Below, one piece after another: positions 8,358 through 18,405 of a stretch of DNA of 43,233 bases. How positions within the stretch are numbered: position 1 is the first letter of the stretch; each line of letters opens with the position of its first letter. Both the position numbers and the translations under genes were made by a program. Below the pieces are notes generated by a model that was not told the DNA's origin, did not search any database, and was given only the letters and a program-made list of their open reading frames with translations. Source of the stretch: a virus; IMG/VR virus record IMGVR_UViG_3300042114_000008, one strand, 5' to 3'.

Positions 8358-10144
8358 TATCTAAGTTCCGACCATCTGCTTAAATATGCAGATGAGTTCC
8401 AAGTTACATTAGTACCAGTTAGTATGTATGATGAGCCATTTGGTACTATAGCAGTTAATGCATCGCCAATATATGTTGTTGCATCATTTCTATGCGTACA
8501 ACTGTCTTTTCCATCTACAATAAGAGATATAACTTTAAGTCCACTATTAGCTGTTCCCACTGCAAGTTGCACAACTATAGGTTTACCAGTGGTATTTGTA
8601 TAAGTAACTCCAACAACTCTACTAGCTGCCATATTCTGCCAAGTCTGATTTAAGTCAAACTTGTGCAATACATTCAATCCATCTACTTGCATTGTATCTA
8701 CATACACAGTCTTAGGTAACTCTTCTACATATAAAGGACTACCATAATTATCAGCATATACTATTGTATTCATATAGTTACGAGATGTTGTAATTTCTGT
8801 ACCAGCACTTGTGTACCATTTATTAGTAATTACATTATAGAAATCTCCGCCATTTGCAGGATTTATTACACCATAGTTAGGTGCTACTGTAGATTTACCT
8901 CTAGCACCAGTATTATCATAATAAAGATAATTCTTACCAGCAGTAAATGCTACTCCACTAAATGTTTCATTCTTACTTAATGTAGTTATCTTAGTACCAT
9001 TACTATCTATACCAGTAGCAAAAGGTATTATTGCATTTTGTACTTGTAAGTTAGAAGTATCTGTTGCTCTATGATAAATTGCCGGGCTTGCTGTAGTAAT
9101 TAATGAATTAGCAGTTATTGTACTTTCTGCTGCAGTCAAGTTAGCATTTAACTCTTTAGTATTTCCTCTTGCGTAATCTACAATATCCCAATCGCCAGTA
9201 GTTGAAGTTGGCTTAGCAATTTGCAACATAACTTCTGATTGACTTGCACTTGTATGTACACTTAATCTTAATATGCCATTTTCATCTACTGTTGTTAAGA
9301 AGTTACCTATAAGTTTATTGCTTCCATCTATGTATGAGTTAGCCCAACCGTACATAATGTGTTGGTGCCCACTATTATTTGTAATACCAGTAGTTGATGT
9401 AGTAATTGAGATTTCAGTTGATGAAAATACCTGACCATAGATTGCACCAAGTTTACCTGTATCATTTAATGCCATTGCTCCTGCACTATAAAAGTTGCTT
9501 GCATACCAATTCTCAACAGCTACTAAATCTTTAGTAGTAACAAATCCTAACTTCCTACCTAAGTGATGTGGTATCTCGTGTCCTGCTATTCCAGAACCTT
9601 CGTACTTAACAATAGTAAATCCAGTAAAAGGATTAAAATGACAAGTATAAGCTTTATCATGATTAGTAGTACCTGATACTCTATGTGTTGTTTGAAAGTT
9701 CCAAGAAACCATATTATTAGTTGTACTATTATGTCCTGCATCAGCACCTACAGTAAACCCAGTAGAATTAAATGCAGTTAATCCACCAGCTAGTGTTGCT
9801 TCTGCTTCTGTAGTGTTACTATTAATCTCTTTAGTAGCACCTCTAATAGTATCGTACAGAAAGTTATTAGTAGCTTCTACTCTATCTTTTAACCAAACTA
9901 AGCCGCCAAACTGTTCACTTGCATCATTACCCCATTGTGTACTCATATCTATATTTGTAGTAGCACTACTACTTGTATATAGTGTAGTATTAAACCCTTG
10001 TGTGGTTACTATATTATCTACTGCTAGATTACCTTGTAGCAAATGATATGCTGTTATTCCTGATAGTCCTATATGACTACTAGCATTACTTGTATTGGTA
10101 TTGGTCTTAGTAATTATACTATATACCATATCTGTTATCTTCAT
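8357..10144 (-). CDS. Tail fibre / receptor-binding protein (putative)
   Basis: 595 aa, very rich in T/S/N/G. It lies in the tail module between TerL and the portal and is coupled to the upstream fibre-like ORF. Confidence 0.5.
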   Translation of the reverse strand: MKITDMVYSIITKTNTNTSNASSHIGLSGITAYHLLQGNLAVDNIVTTQGFNTTLYTSSSATTNIDMSTQWGNDASEQFGGLVWLKDRVEATNNFLYDTIRGATKEINSNTTEAEATLAGGLTAFNSTGFTVGADAGHNSTTNNMVSWNFQTTHRVSGTTNHDKAYTCHFNPFTGFTIVKYEGSGIAGHEIPHHLGRKLGFVTTKDLVAVENWYASNFYSAGAMALNDTGKLGAIYGQVFSSTEISITTSTTGITNNSGHQHIMYGWANSYIDGSNKLIGNFLTTVDENGILRLSVHTSASQSEVMLQIAKPTSTTGDWDIVDYARGNTKELNANLTAAESTITANSLITTASPAIYHRATDTSNLQVQNAIIPFATGIDSNGTKITTLSKNETFSGVAFTAGKNYLYYDNTGARGKSTVAPNYGVINPANGGDFYNVITNKWYTSAGTEITTSRNYMNTIVYADNYGSPLYVEELPKTVYVDTMQVDGLNVLHKFDLNQTWQNMAASRVVGVTYTNTTGKPIVVQLAVGTANSGLKVISLIVDGKDSCTHRNDATTYIGDALTAIVPNGSSYILTGTNVTWNSSAYLSRWSELR

Positions 10145-11661
10145 ATTAAAACTCCTGTTATTAAACTTCCTAATGCGCTATCAATAGTATCTATTGTCTG
10201 CACACTACCACCGGCTTGAGATAACAAGCTATTAAATCCTACAATACTATACCCAGTAATATTACAACTAGCGTTTATATCTATTGTAATAGGTAATGTC
10301 ATTGTATCAGGTATTACCATTAAACTATTAAATGGTATAGTGTCTCTATCAAAAGCGCTTATCTCAATAGTAGTACTCTGAGTATAGTATATACTATTAG
10401 TTGTTGTATCTCTAAGATTAAATGTAACAGTACCTACTGCGCCATTAGCCCCAGTATCTTCAAACACTACAGTTGATATAAAGTTATAACTACCAGCTTC
10501 TTTAATAGTACCAGTGTTAGTGCCTATCTCAAATGCTGTTGTATCTGTGCTCTGAGTAATAACACTAAATGGCAATACTTGCTCTACGCTTGTTAAAGCA
10601 ATAGCATAAGCACCTCCAAATTGCCCTTGCGCATTAGCTGTATTCAGTTCTAATATGCTTGCTATCAACCCATTAATGTCAGATTGCTGAGATACATTAA
10701 TAGCATCTCTTTCAAGTAATTCTGCTTCTATCTTATTTGAGCTGTATGTTTTAAGTGCACTAGGTGTATCGTCATCTAATATACCATTTGATACTAACTC
10801 TTGCGCTTTAGTTGCCCAATGAAGTGAACTATACTCAGTAGAATTTGTATAACTAAATGTACCATCTCCATTAGAAGTATAGAGTTTAACCAATACATCC
10901 TCTGCTTCAGTAGCATAGCTATCAGCTGTTTTCTTTTGTGCTTCTGCAATCCATCTATCTAGCTTACTTGCATCTGCACTATCACTAGACTCTTCTGCTT
11001 TAGTAGTAGCTACTCCAGCATTACTCTCTGCGTCTAATATGCTCTGCTTTAATGGCTCAGAAGTAACAAGAGTTAACTTATCTTCAAATAAAGAAAGATT
11101 ATCAAGCTTTGGCTCTAATATATTCTTTGTATAATCAAGCATAGACTGCATATCAAAAACATCTTCTATAAGACCTATATTGGCAGATACAGTATCTAAA
11201 CTAGACGAAGATATTGAGTTAGTAATTTGTTCAATTATCTCAGTCTGGTCTACTGCAGATCCTATAGTACTTAATAAGGTTGTATTCTTGTTGTCTAAGT
11301 CATCTCTTAACTCGGATGCATTCTCTATTATCGCAAGATATTTAGCAATAGAAGCATTAACGAATTCCACGTGTGCAAACACTGTATCACTAACTTCTGA
11401 ATTCATTATTCCTTGGCTTATTAAGTCTGTAAGATTTAACATAAGCAATGACTCATTATAGATAAGTTCTCCACTTACAACAACATAATCAGTTATAACT
11501 TTATTTGTCTTGTCATAAGATATATCTAGAGAAAAAGTGTTTGCATTTAATCTAAAAGTATATATATCTCCAATAACTGAAGACAATGTAAAATCTTTTA
11601 TATCATACTCTTTGCTCCAAAAACCAGCAACTCTATCAGTTAAAAGTTTAGCCATTCCCAT
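10141..11661 (-). CDS. Tail fibre / tail spike-like structural protein (putative)
   Basis: 506 aa, rich in S/T/N/D. It lies in the tail module and overlaps the next ORF by 4 nt. Confidence 0.45.
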   Translation of the reverse strand: MGMAKLLTDRVAGFWSKEYDIKDFTLSSVIGDIYTFRLNANTFSLDISYDKTNKVITDYVVVSGELIYNESLLMLNLTDLISQGIMNSEVSDTVFAHVEFVNASIAKYLAIIENASELRDDLDNKNTTLLSTIGSAVDQTEIIEQITNSISSSSLDTVSANIGLIEDVFDMQSMLDYTKNILEPKLDNLSLFEDKLTLVTSEPLKQSILDAESNAGVATTKAEESSDSADASKLDRWIAEAQKKTADSYATEAEDVLVKLYTSNGDGTFSYTNSTEYSSLHWATKAQELVSNGILDDDTPSALKTYSSNKIEAELLERDAINVSQQSDINGLIASILELNTANAQGQFGGAYAIALTSVEQVLPFSVITQSTDTTAFEIGTNTGTIKEAGSYNFISTVVFEDTGANGAVGTVTFNLRDTTTNSIYYTQSTTIEISAFDRDTIPFNSLMVIPDTMTLPITIDINASCNITGYSIVGFNSLLSQAGGSVQTIDTIDSALGSLITGVLI

Positions 11662-12101
11662 TAATACTCCTCAATATAAGATGGACGGTCATTGACAAAG
11701 TCTTGCAGTATATGCTCTGATTGCATATCGTAATCTCTAGTTAAATGATATTCGTGTTTTGCTATGTCATCCCAATACTGCTTCATATAGATACCACTTC
11801 TTGCTGTTTCAATACTAGCCAATATGTACAATGCTACGGCTTGATATAAATCTGCATCCATTGTTATTTCTTCAGTCAAAGAAGTAATTTCCTCAGGAAC
11901 TGTAATGAAAAAATCTCTGTCTATTCTCTTTAATACTTTCTGACCAACTGATATATTTGAAGCATAAGCTATTGGTACTGTATCTTTACATACTTGTAGT
12001 ATAGCAGTATTAATCCTTGTTAAGAATTGTGGAATTTCCATAGTTTCATCTCTGTTTGAAGATAAACTTAATATCAATGTTTTTAAATTGTTTCCTGTCA
12101 T
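11661..12101 (-). CDS. Hypothetical protein (possible head-tail adaptor, by position only)
   Basis: 146-aa ORF coupled to the TerL stop and to the next ORF's start. Confidence 0.3.
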   Translation of the reverse strand: MTGNNLKTLILSLSSNRDETMEIPQFLTRINTAILQVCKDTVPIAYASNISVGQKVLKRIDRDFFITVPEEITSLTEEITMDADLYQAVALYILASIETARSGIYMKQYWDDIAKHEYHLTRDYDMQSEHILQDFVNDRPSYIEEY

Positions 12102-13642
12102 TAACTATAATAATCATCTAAAGACTCATCATCGTTAAGCTCTGTCATTCCTGACATAACCTCCGAACCGTATACTTTACTTGGAGGTATTACAAAGTTA
12201 GGGTCAAGAAAGTTGGCTAAACAATCTGCAGCATCATCGTGTGCAGTTGTTCCACCAGTCTTAATGTATCCCTTTAATTCATAATATAATTCAGCCATAG
12301 CATCTTTGTCCTTGTCTCTAGGAAAATGAATCTTCTTAGATTTCATCATAGGTTGTAAGGCATTAATCCTATATTCTTTTGCAAGTGAAGAGTTATTCTC
12401 TAATCCTTGATAATAGAAATAGTTATTTGTATTCTGCATCCTTACACTTATGAAATGGTCAAGTACTTGTTGCAATGCTGCTTTCTCTGCTCTTGTTTCA
12501 AGTGGTCTATACTCTCTAATATGTTCAAACAAATGTTCTATAGTTTGAGATGGGTCTAGATGTCCACAAGTTATCTTAACAATAAACCAGTGACCATCAC
12601 CATTAACACCTATAGTTATAATTACAGTGTAATCTCCACTTGATTTCTTAGATACAGCTAAATCCATAGTTGTATAGAAGTTCATTTGTGGAAAGTTCTT
12701 AATTATATCGTTATAGTTGTATTCTACAAAATAGTCGTCTTTGAATATTCTCATATCTTCATTAACTACCTCAAGCATCATCTCACGATAGAAGTCTGCT
12801 TCTGCTCCCATTTCCTTAGCCTCAATATATTGTGCCATTATTCTTTCAGGCGTAAACCTATCAGGCCACGACGATACTATATCTTGTACAGGAACTGGAA
12901 ACTCATTAGCTATTGGAAACTTACAGACTTTATATGATGAACTTCTAGACATAAGCATAAGTAAGTCATCATCTGTCATTGGTGTTCCAACTACAATCTT
13001 CTTATAATGAGTAATATCAACTGCATTTGCAACAGTAGAATAGTACCAAGTTTTAAGTTTGTTTCTTTCGTTTACAGATGTTAAAATTGCATCAGTAAGT
13101 ATATCATCGAAGATAAGAAGCTGAGGTCTATAGCCACCCTTCTTTGTACCCCTCATTGATTGTCCAGAACCCTTAGCTTGTATGTGTATCGTGTGACCAT
13201 TTGAATTAGTCAATGCAAGATAGTCTACTTTATCTGCTATAACCTTACCACGCTTATCTTTAGCTAACCATAAGAACTCTTGAAGAACTTCAGAGTTATC
13301 CCATAAATCTCTAATAGCTCTTAATTGGTCAATTGCTTGCTCAATCGTTGCAGAGAATATTATAAGGTTATGTACTATTCCAAAGTTATCCATTTGTCCA
13401 GTCGTTGCTACATACAATGGTGTAAAGTTTGTCATTACTGTAGACTTAGCAGCACCCCTATGGCATAGTGCCAAGAAGTTCTGTGAGCTATCACATACAG
13501 CTTCATCGTAAATTTGGTAATGCATCTTAGGTGTTTTGTTTTGTTCTTGTGGTAAATGTGTATTAACCCAAGAAAAGAACTTTCTAGAATATTGGAGTGG
13601 TCTATATGGCAACCTATAATCAGGTCTTATGATAGCACTCAT
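12101..13642 (-). CDS. terL: Terminase large subunit
   Basis: 513 aa. ATPase motifs: HRGAAKSTVMT (Walker A-like) and QLLIFDDILTD (Walker B). A C-terminal RNase-H-like nuclease region contains TTMDLAVS...GDYTVIITIG and TAHDDAADCLAN. Confidence 0.85.
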   Translation of the reverse strand: MSAIIRPDYRLPYRPLQYSRKFFSWVNTHLPQEQNKTPKMHYQIYDEAVCDSSQNFLALCHRGAAKSTVMTNFTPLYVATTGQMDNFGIVHNLIIFSATIEQAIDQLRAIRDLWDNSEVLQEFLWLAKDKRGKVIADKVDYLALTNSNGHTIHIQAKGSGQSMRGTKKGGYRPQLLIFDDILTDAILTSVNERNKLKTWYYSTVANAVDITHYKKIVVGTPMTDDDLLMLMSRSSSYKVCKFPIANEFPVPVQDIVSSWPDRFTPERIMAQYIEAKEMGAEADFYREMMLEVVNEDMRIFKDDYFVEYNYNDIIKNFPQMNFYTTMDLAVSKKSSGDYTVIITIGVNGDGHWFIVKITCGHLDPSQTIEHLFEHIREYRPLETRAEKAALQQVLDHFISVRMQNTNNYFYYQGLENNSSLAKEYRINALQPMMKSKKIHFPRDKDKDAMAELYYELKGYIKTGGTTAHDDAADCLANFLDPNFVIPPSKVYGSEVMSGMTELNDDESLDDYYS

Positions 13643-14181
13643 TCTATTACATCCACATCTATAATATTACCAGATTTGTCAACCATCATACCACGTTCTG
13701 AAATCTCTGTAAGCTTTTCGTTTATAGACATCTGTAAAGATTGTCCTGATGAATCGCCTTTTAGACTTACTTCGTGGTCTATTTTCTCTTGTTTTAAATA
13801 TGGTTGTAAAGCTTTAATTGCTTCAGTGACATCTCTATTGCTAGCATTAGGGTCATCTATGATTTGCATACCTCTTCTGATAATCTTCTTTCGTTCTCCG
13901 AAATACAAAGATTGTTCATCAGGTCTAAGAAATAATATCAATTCTTGAACCCACTTACTTCTATGGAAGTTAGCAGCTACAGTTCTTGCTTTCTCTATTG
14001 GAACATTAAATACAGCTGAATATACTTGAGATACTACACCACCATCAATTATCTTTTCGCAAAAAGTAACAGCATTGTTAAACCTCTCAACATCAGTTAT
14101 ATTGAAGTTCTTTCTGAAAGTCTCAAGCTCTGCTGATTGTTGAGCATCCCTCTCTTTATACGGTTCTAAATCTTTAGACAT
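13639..14181 (-). CDS. Terminase small subunit (putative)
   Basis: 180-aa ORF directly upstream of terL and overlapping it by 4 nt. It has a strong RBS (GAAAGGAGAAAATAATG) and is the first gene after a non-coding gap. Confidence 0.4.
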   Translation of the reverse strand: MSKDLEPYKERDAQQSAELETFRKNFNITDVERFNNAVTFCEKIIDGGVVSQVYSAVFNVPIEKARTVAANFHRSKWVQELILFLRPDEQSLYFGERKKIIRRGMQIIDDPNASNRDVTEAIKALQPYLKQEKIDHEVSLKGDSSGQSLQMSINEKLTEISERGMMVDKSGNIIDVDVIE

Positions 14182-14224
14182 TATTTTCTCCTTTCATAAA
14201 ATTAGTTTGACTTGTTATCTCAAG

Positions 14225-14252
14225 ACAGTACACGCTTTTACCTGTGCACTGT
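14225..14252 (-). promoter_or_regulatory. Stem-loop at the boundary between the replication and packaging modules
   Basis: Minus strand reads ACAGTGCAC-N10-GTGTACTGT, a 9-bp stem with one G.U pair. There is no U-tract. It contains the ACAGTGC core also seen upstream of early genes. Confidence 0.35.
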
Positions 14253-14262
14253 ATTAAAGTAA

Positions 14263-15423
14263 TTAGTCTATTACTGAGACACTAAATGTTTGTCTAGTGA
14301 ATTCTCCATTTTGTAATCCATATGTAATGGAAGTCATTGTACCTATACCTCTATTGTATCCGTGATGCGCAGCCCAATCGTTAAGCGGTGCTATGTTTCT
14401 ATGTGACTCAACTCTACATAAAGGTAAATCAATAACTGAATCCTTATGATTATGTCCGAAGTGTGAGTAATGAAATCTTGTTTCTGCATAGTCCATAGCT
14501 TTATGTTTTACCATAATCTCTCCAGCTTGATGCATACGCATACCATCTCCGTGAGCAAACTGAAGTAATGTACTACCAAATCTATGGTATTTAATGCTAC
14601 TAGGACTAGTGTCAATTACTACTCTAGGTTCATTTCTAAACCAAGAAGATATAATCTCTCTAATTGCATGACCAGTAGACATATCGTGATTACCAGCTAT
14701 ATTATAGAAGTAAACTATCTCGTGTTTAAGTAAAGCTTTTTCTATCATTTCAATCAATGATAAGTATGCAACTTTAAGTATCTTTGGATATCTACCATCT
14801 ACTGCTAATTGGTTTCCACTTTTTGGTGTAGCATTCTTGAAGTCGTCAGTTTCCGTAAGGTCTCCCAAGTCCGCAACAATAGCATACTTAGATTTTGGAG
14901 ATGACTGAACTAAGTGATTGCAAGCAGTCTCAAAAGTTGTTCTTGCTATATCTAAGTCCCAATCTCTATCTCTTGTTTCTTTAGCCCAAGTTAATGCACC
15001 AAAGTGAACATCATTACTTATGTACAATGTACAGCTATCCTCAAGAGCTTCAGGGATAGGTCGCAGTTCATAACTTCTGTTTGGTAGCTCTCTTGCAATA
15101 TCAGCAATAGCATCACGCATAGCTTCAACTTGTTTTTGCATTGGTACTGAAGTTTTAATCCACTCTAGTATTGGCTTTCCATCTTTAAATAATGTAGATG
15201 CACCAGTTAATACAGTGCTATCATCGCCTTTGTTGCCAGATTCTAGTGGAAGTATATTCCTTCTTCTTAAAGTTTTAATTCTTCTTTGTATTGAACCTCG
15301 TGTTAGCTCTATACCATCAGCTTTAAAAAAGTTAATCATTTCGGCTATGTTGCCACCAGCCATTTTATAAGTATCACAAAATAGTCGTTCACTAGTTTTT
15401 GCAGTTCCTGTTGTATCAGACAT
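14263..15423 (-). CDS. Calcineurin-like metallophosphoesterase with an N-terminal HTH-like region
   Basis: Motifs in order: ISNDVHFG (DxH), ADLGDLTETDD (GDxxD), IAGNHD (GNHD/E), FAHGDG and HFGHNH (GHxH). The N-terminus NIAEMINFFKADGIELTRGSIQRRIKTLRRRN looks like an HTH. The start was moved to the ATG at 15423, which has an AAGGGA RBS. Confidence 0.65.
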   Translation of the reverse strand: MSDTTGTAKTSERLFCDTYKMAGGNIAEMINFFKADGIELTRGSIQRRIKTLRRRNILPLESGNKGDDSTVLTGASTLFKDGKPILEWIKTSVPMQKQVEAMRDAIADIARELPNRSYELRPIPEALEDSCTLYISNDVHFGALTWAKETRDRDWDLDIARTTFETACNHLVQSSPKSKYAIVADLGDLTETDDFKNATPKSGNQLAVDGRYPKILKVAYLSLIEMIEKALLKHEIVYFYNIAGNHDMSTGHAIREIISSWFRNEPRVVIDTSPSSIKYHRFGSTLLQFAHGDGMRMHQAGEIMVKHKAMDYAETRFHYSHFGHNHKDSVIDLPLCRVESHRNIAPLNDWAAHHGYNRGIGTMTSITYGLQNGEFTRQTFSVSVID

Positions 15424-15468
15424 AAAGTTCCCTTGAGTTATATTCCCAACCTCTCTCAACCAATACAA

Positions 15469-15606
15469 CTAAGTATAATACAATCTCAAAGCTCTTCGTT
15501 TTGCAGTAATTTCATTAGGAGCGAATACAGTAATTCTATCTCCGTTAATAACAACATCCCATTTATTATTATCTGTACATTCTACAGTTACTTCATCTAT
15601 TATCAT
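15469..15606 (-). CDS. 45-aa hypothetical protein (not in the ORF track)
   Basis: Translation: MIIDEVTVECTDNNKWDVVINGDRITVFAPNEITAKRRALRLYYT. Its ATG overlaps the upstream TGA (ATGA coupling). It exactly fills the gap between the flanking ORFs. Confidence 0.45.
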   Translation of the reverse strand: MIIDEVTVECTDNNKWDVVINGDRITVFAPNEITAKRRALRLYYT

Positions 15607-15854
15607 AATGAATAATCACTACATTTAAATATAGATGGGTCATCAACTTCAAATGTATCTCTATCCCATCTTAGTTTAATTGCAAGTCTAGGACAATTAA
15701 TAGGATTATCAGGCTCATAAAACTTACAGTTATTACAGCATTGCTCTTCGTCTTCATTACTTAATTCCTCAATATCATTACTCTCGTTACACTCAGGACA
15801 TAGTCCATTGTTATCAGTAAGATTATACATTACATTACAATTCCAACATTGCAT
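15603..15854 (-). CDS. Cys-rich zinc-ribbon protein
   Basis: 83 aa with CWNC...CPEC and CCNNC...CP cysteine pairs and an acidic linker. Confidence 0.5.
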   Translation of the reverse strand: MQCWNCNVMYNLTDNNGLCPECNESNDIEELSNEDEEQCCNNCKFYEPDNPINCPRLAIKLRWDRDTFEVDDPSIFKCSDYSL

Positions 15855-16720
15855 TACACTATACTCCCTTGAATTAAAATACCATCTTTGTTTACTTGTT
15901 CATACTTAACTTTGAACTTTCTACCAATAAGACTTTCTTTTGTTGCATTACGAAGCTCTTTGCTAGTAGCTTTAAATGCTTGCCATCTCTCTTCTCCTTT
16001 TAAATAGAATATACATATTAATGTACCCCATTCTCCAGGAACTGTGTCACTTATTTGAACATCAGTACAAGTAACATCAATTATATTTTCAGCTTTAATC
16101 TTAATAGCCAAAATACTTCTACCTTTATCAGCTATTGTATGAGATTCGTGAAAGCAAAATGCTCCCTCTCCACCTCCAGATATTAAATCATCTGCATATT
16201 CCATACATAAATCTAGTTCTTTAGGAAGGATTGTAGTCTTTACAATTTTACAATGCTTTGATGACTTTGAGAAATCTGTAAATATATTATTAAACATATA
16301 TCTTCTATCTTTGAATTGATGTGATGTTAAATCAATTTTATTGTATTGTAGAATATCAAATATTCTAATGCTACAATCTTTATCACTTGATATTCCAACT
16401 TTTTCATACTGAGACATATGACTTGATAATGAACTATGGACTCTATCATTTATAAATCTACCAGTAGAACCTTTGCCATTAAACTCACATTCAATAATGA
16501 AGTTAGATCGTATAGTTAATAGTTCTTCTGCTATCTCTTTTATGCATAGCTTCCTACCTCCAGATGTATACATAATAACTAAATCATTATGCTTGTGTAT
16601 CTGCAAGTATTGACCATCAAACTTAACCATAGTATACCATCCATCTTTTTTAAGTTTAGATTGTGCAACCTTAGTAATATCAGTACCTTTATATTGTTCT
16701 CTAAATGTAAAGTATTCCAT
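15854..16720 (-). CDS. ATP-dependent DNA ligase (covalent nucleotidyltransferase superfamily)
   Basis: 288 aa. Motif I is VKFDGQYLQIH (KxDG, compare the ligase motif KYDGQRAQIH). Later matches are IIECEF (motif III-like), GGEGAFCFHE (motif IV-like) and LAIKIK (motif V-like). Confidence 0.65.
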   Translation of the reverse strand: MEYFTFREQYKGTDITKVAQSKLKKDGWYTMVKFDGQYLQIHKHNDLVIMYTSGGRKLCIKEIAEELLTIRSNFIIECEFNGKGSTGRFINDRVHSSLSSHMSQYEKVGISSDKDCSIRIFDILQYNKIDLTSHQFKDRRYMFNNIFTDFSKSSKHCKIVKTTILPKELDLCMEYADDLISGGGEGAFCFHESHTIADKGRSILAIKIKAENIIDVTCTDVQISDTVPGEWGTLICIFYLKGEERWQAFKATSKELRNATKESLIGRKFKVKYEQVNKDGILIQGSIV

Positions 16721-16977
16721 TATAGCTCCTTTTTATCGTGAAGTTTATTCATAATATCTCTTACTTTCTTAGCAGTATCTTCACTCATATATACTGCAAA
16801 TGCTCTTTGATGTTTTCTATCAGCTGAGATATAGAACTTATTTATAATTGGTATACGATTAACATAGAACTTCTCTTGTTTATCATCAGACCAATCAGGA
16901 ATCCAGTTTTTGTCCCATTCTTCTATCTTTGGTAATAGTTTCTCAAGACTACCAAATATTACATCTGGTCTAGCCAT
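16720..16977 (-). CDS. Hypothetical protein
   Basis: 85-aa ORF coupled to the ligase start. Confidence 0.5.
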   Translation of the reverse strand: MARPDVIFGSLEKLLPKIEEWDKNWIPDWSDDKQEKFYVNRIPIINKFYISADRKHQRAFAVYMSEDTAKKVRDIMNKLHDKKEL

Positions 16978-16979
16978 AA

Positions 16980-17552
16980 CTACATCCTTTGAGCAAGATG
17001 AAAGTTAGCTTTATACCATTTAGCTTCAGCTTCAGGTGTAGTCCACTTTTCAAATTTACCATCAACTAGTCTTCCTTCTCTAGAATTAATTTCTTTCTGA
17101 ACTTCATCCATAATTATTCTAGCATCAAATCCTAGTTGTTCTATTGCTTCTATACGATATACAATACCATCAGCAAGACCATCAAGTTTGACGAAAGTAT
17201 TATCACTAACGTGCACTTTCTTACCGTTTGTAGTAGTTGGATTCTCTCTGAACTTAGCCCATATTCTAGCCATTTTAGCAGCATATGGTTTACAGTATTT
17301 ACCCTCGTAACCTTGCATTTCAAAGTCCTCTTCTATAGACTTTCTAAAGAATGTTTCATAGTCGAATTTCTGAACATCTAAGTGTCTATCTTTTCTGAAC
17401 TTATCTAAGTTATCGAATATGTCTTTAAATTCTTCATTATCTAACATTTCTAATAACTCTCCGCAAGCATCAGCATATCCACTGTAATAATTAAACTCAT
17501 CATGAATCATATCGTGATCTGCTATTTGTCTCTTATCTAAGCCATAATACAT
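16980..17552 (-). CDS. Hypothetical protein (weak all-alpha NTP-pyrophosphatase-like C-terminus)
   Basis: The track ORF extends to 17699 but overlaps the upstream gene by 119 nt, so I start it at the internal ATG (MYYGLDK...). GLADGIVYRIEAIEQLGFDARIIMDEVQKEINSR loosely resembles MazG-type helices. Confidence 0.3.
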   Translation of the reverse strand: MYYGLDKRQIADHDMIHDEFNYYSGYADACGELLEMLDNEEFKDIFDNLDKFRKDRHLDVQKFDYETFFRKSIEEDFEMQGYEGKYCKPYAAKMARIWAKFRENPTTTNGKKVHVSDNTFVKLDGLADGIVYRIEAIEQLGFDARIIMDEVQKEINSREGRLVDGKFEKWTTPEAEAKWYKANFHLAQRM

Positions 17553-17580
17553 CTTATCGCTTATATTCTTTTTAATTGAA

Positions 17581-18066
17581 TCAATCAAGTTTCTTCCTTT
17601 GTTTAAAATCAGATAATATCTCTGATAATTCTTTTGGTACTTCGTTTGGAAATGCATATAGATAATGAAACTTATATTCATCTTTATCCCATAGTGCATA
17701 CAACTTCATACCATCCTTTTTATTTTCAAGACCTTCTACTATTTCATATTCGTAGCTTGAACCCTTTGCTAGTTTATCCATATCAGCTCTGGCTATACCA
17801 AAGTTTATATTCATCTTCTGTAATGTTTGTAATATATCTAGGTAATGTTTCTTTACGTATTCATCAGCTTTAACTTTACAATCCCAATATGTCATACCTG
17901 CGGCTACGAATAACCTAGGAAAAGGTTTCTTGTTATAATAAACAACTATATTCCCCCTTGTCTCTGCGTTTGAACAATGATAAAAAAGAGGAAGTCCACA
18001 GACCACCTCTTTAGTCGATGTTTTACTACCTCTTGGAACGCTTCCATAGACAGCAAAAGGTTTCAT
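17581..18066 (-). CDS. Hypothetical protein
   Basis: 161-aa ORF in the replication region. Confidence 0.5.
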   Translation of the reverse strand: MKPFAVYGSVPRGSKTSTKEVVCGLPLFYHCSNAETRGNIVVYYNKKPFPRLFVAAGMTYWDCKVKADEYVKKHYLDILQTLQKMNINFGIARADMDKLAKGSSYEYEIVEGLENKKDGMKLYALWDKDEYKFHYLYAFPNEVPKELSEILSDFKQRKKLD

Positions 18067-18395
18067 TAATCTTCGTCACTCTCTTCAGGATATTCTCCGT
18101 GAATAGGTGCAGCGTTAGCTGTTCTTAGAGATTGTTCTGCCCAATTACCATTGTACATTACTTCTCCAAAATATCTTTCTAAGAATCCAATAGAAGTGAT
18201 TTTACCAATCATTCTCTCTTTATCTTTATCGCTTCCAACTACAAAGTTAGATGGAATATTGTTCTTAAGATTTTGAATGTAACCTTCTTCAATTAATAGC
18301 CTAAAGCTTTCGTTTTCAGATAGTTCAACCAAAGCATCTCTAAGAGATACTTGATATTCTAATTTCTCTATATCTACAGTGTTGTTTTCTTCCAT
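18066..18395 (-). CDS. Hypothetical acidic protein
   Basis: 109-aa ORF with an acidic C-terminus (EYPEESDED), lying downstream of the SSB gene. Confidence 0.5.
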   Translation of the reverse strand: MEENNTVDIEKLEYQVSLRDALVELSENESFRLLIEEGYIQNLKNNIPSNFVVGSDKDKERMIGKITSIGFLERYFGEVMYNGNWAEQSLRTANAAPIHGEYPEESDED

Positions 18396-18405
18396 AGATT
18401 ATTCC

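Noticed and set aside
9566-9580. An HExxH (HEIPH) zinc-metalloprotease-like motif in the 595-aa tail fibre protein.
   Set aside because: A five-residue pattern occurs frequently by chance. No downstream third ligand or Met-turn context is recognisable, and the surrounding sequence looks like fibre rather than protease.
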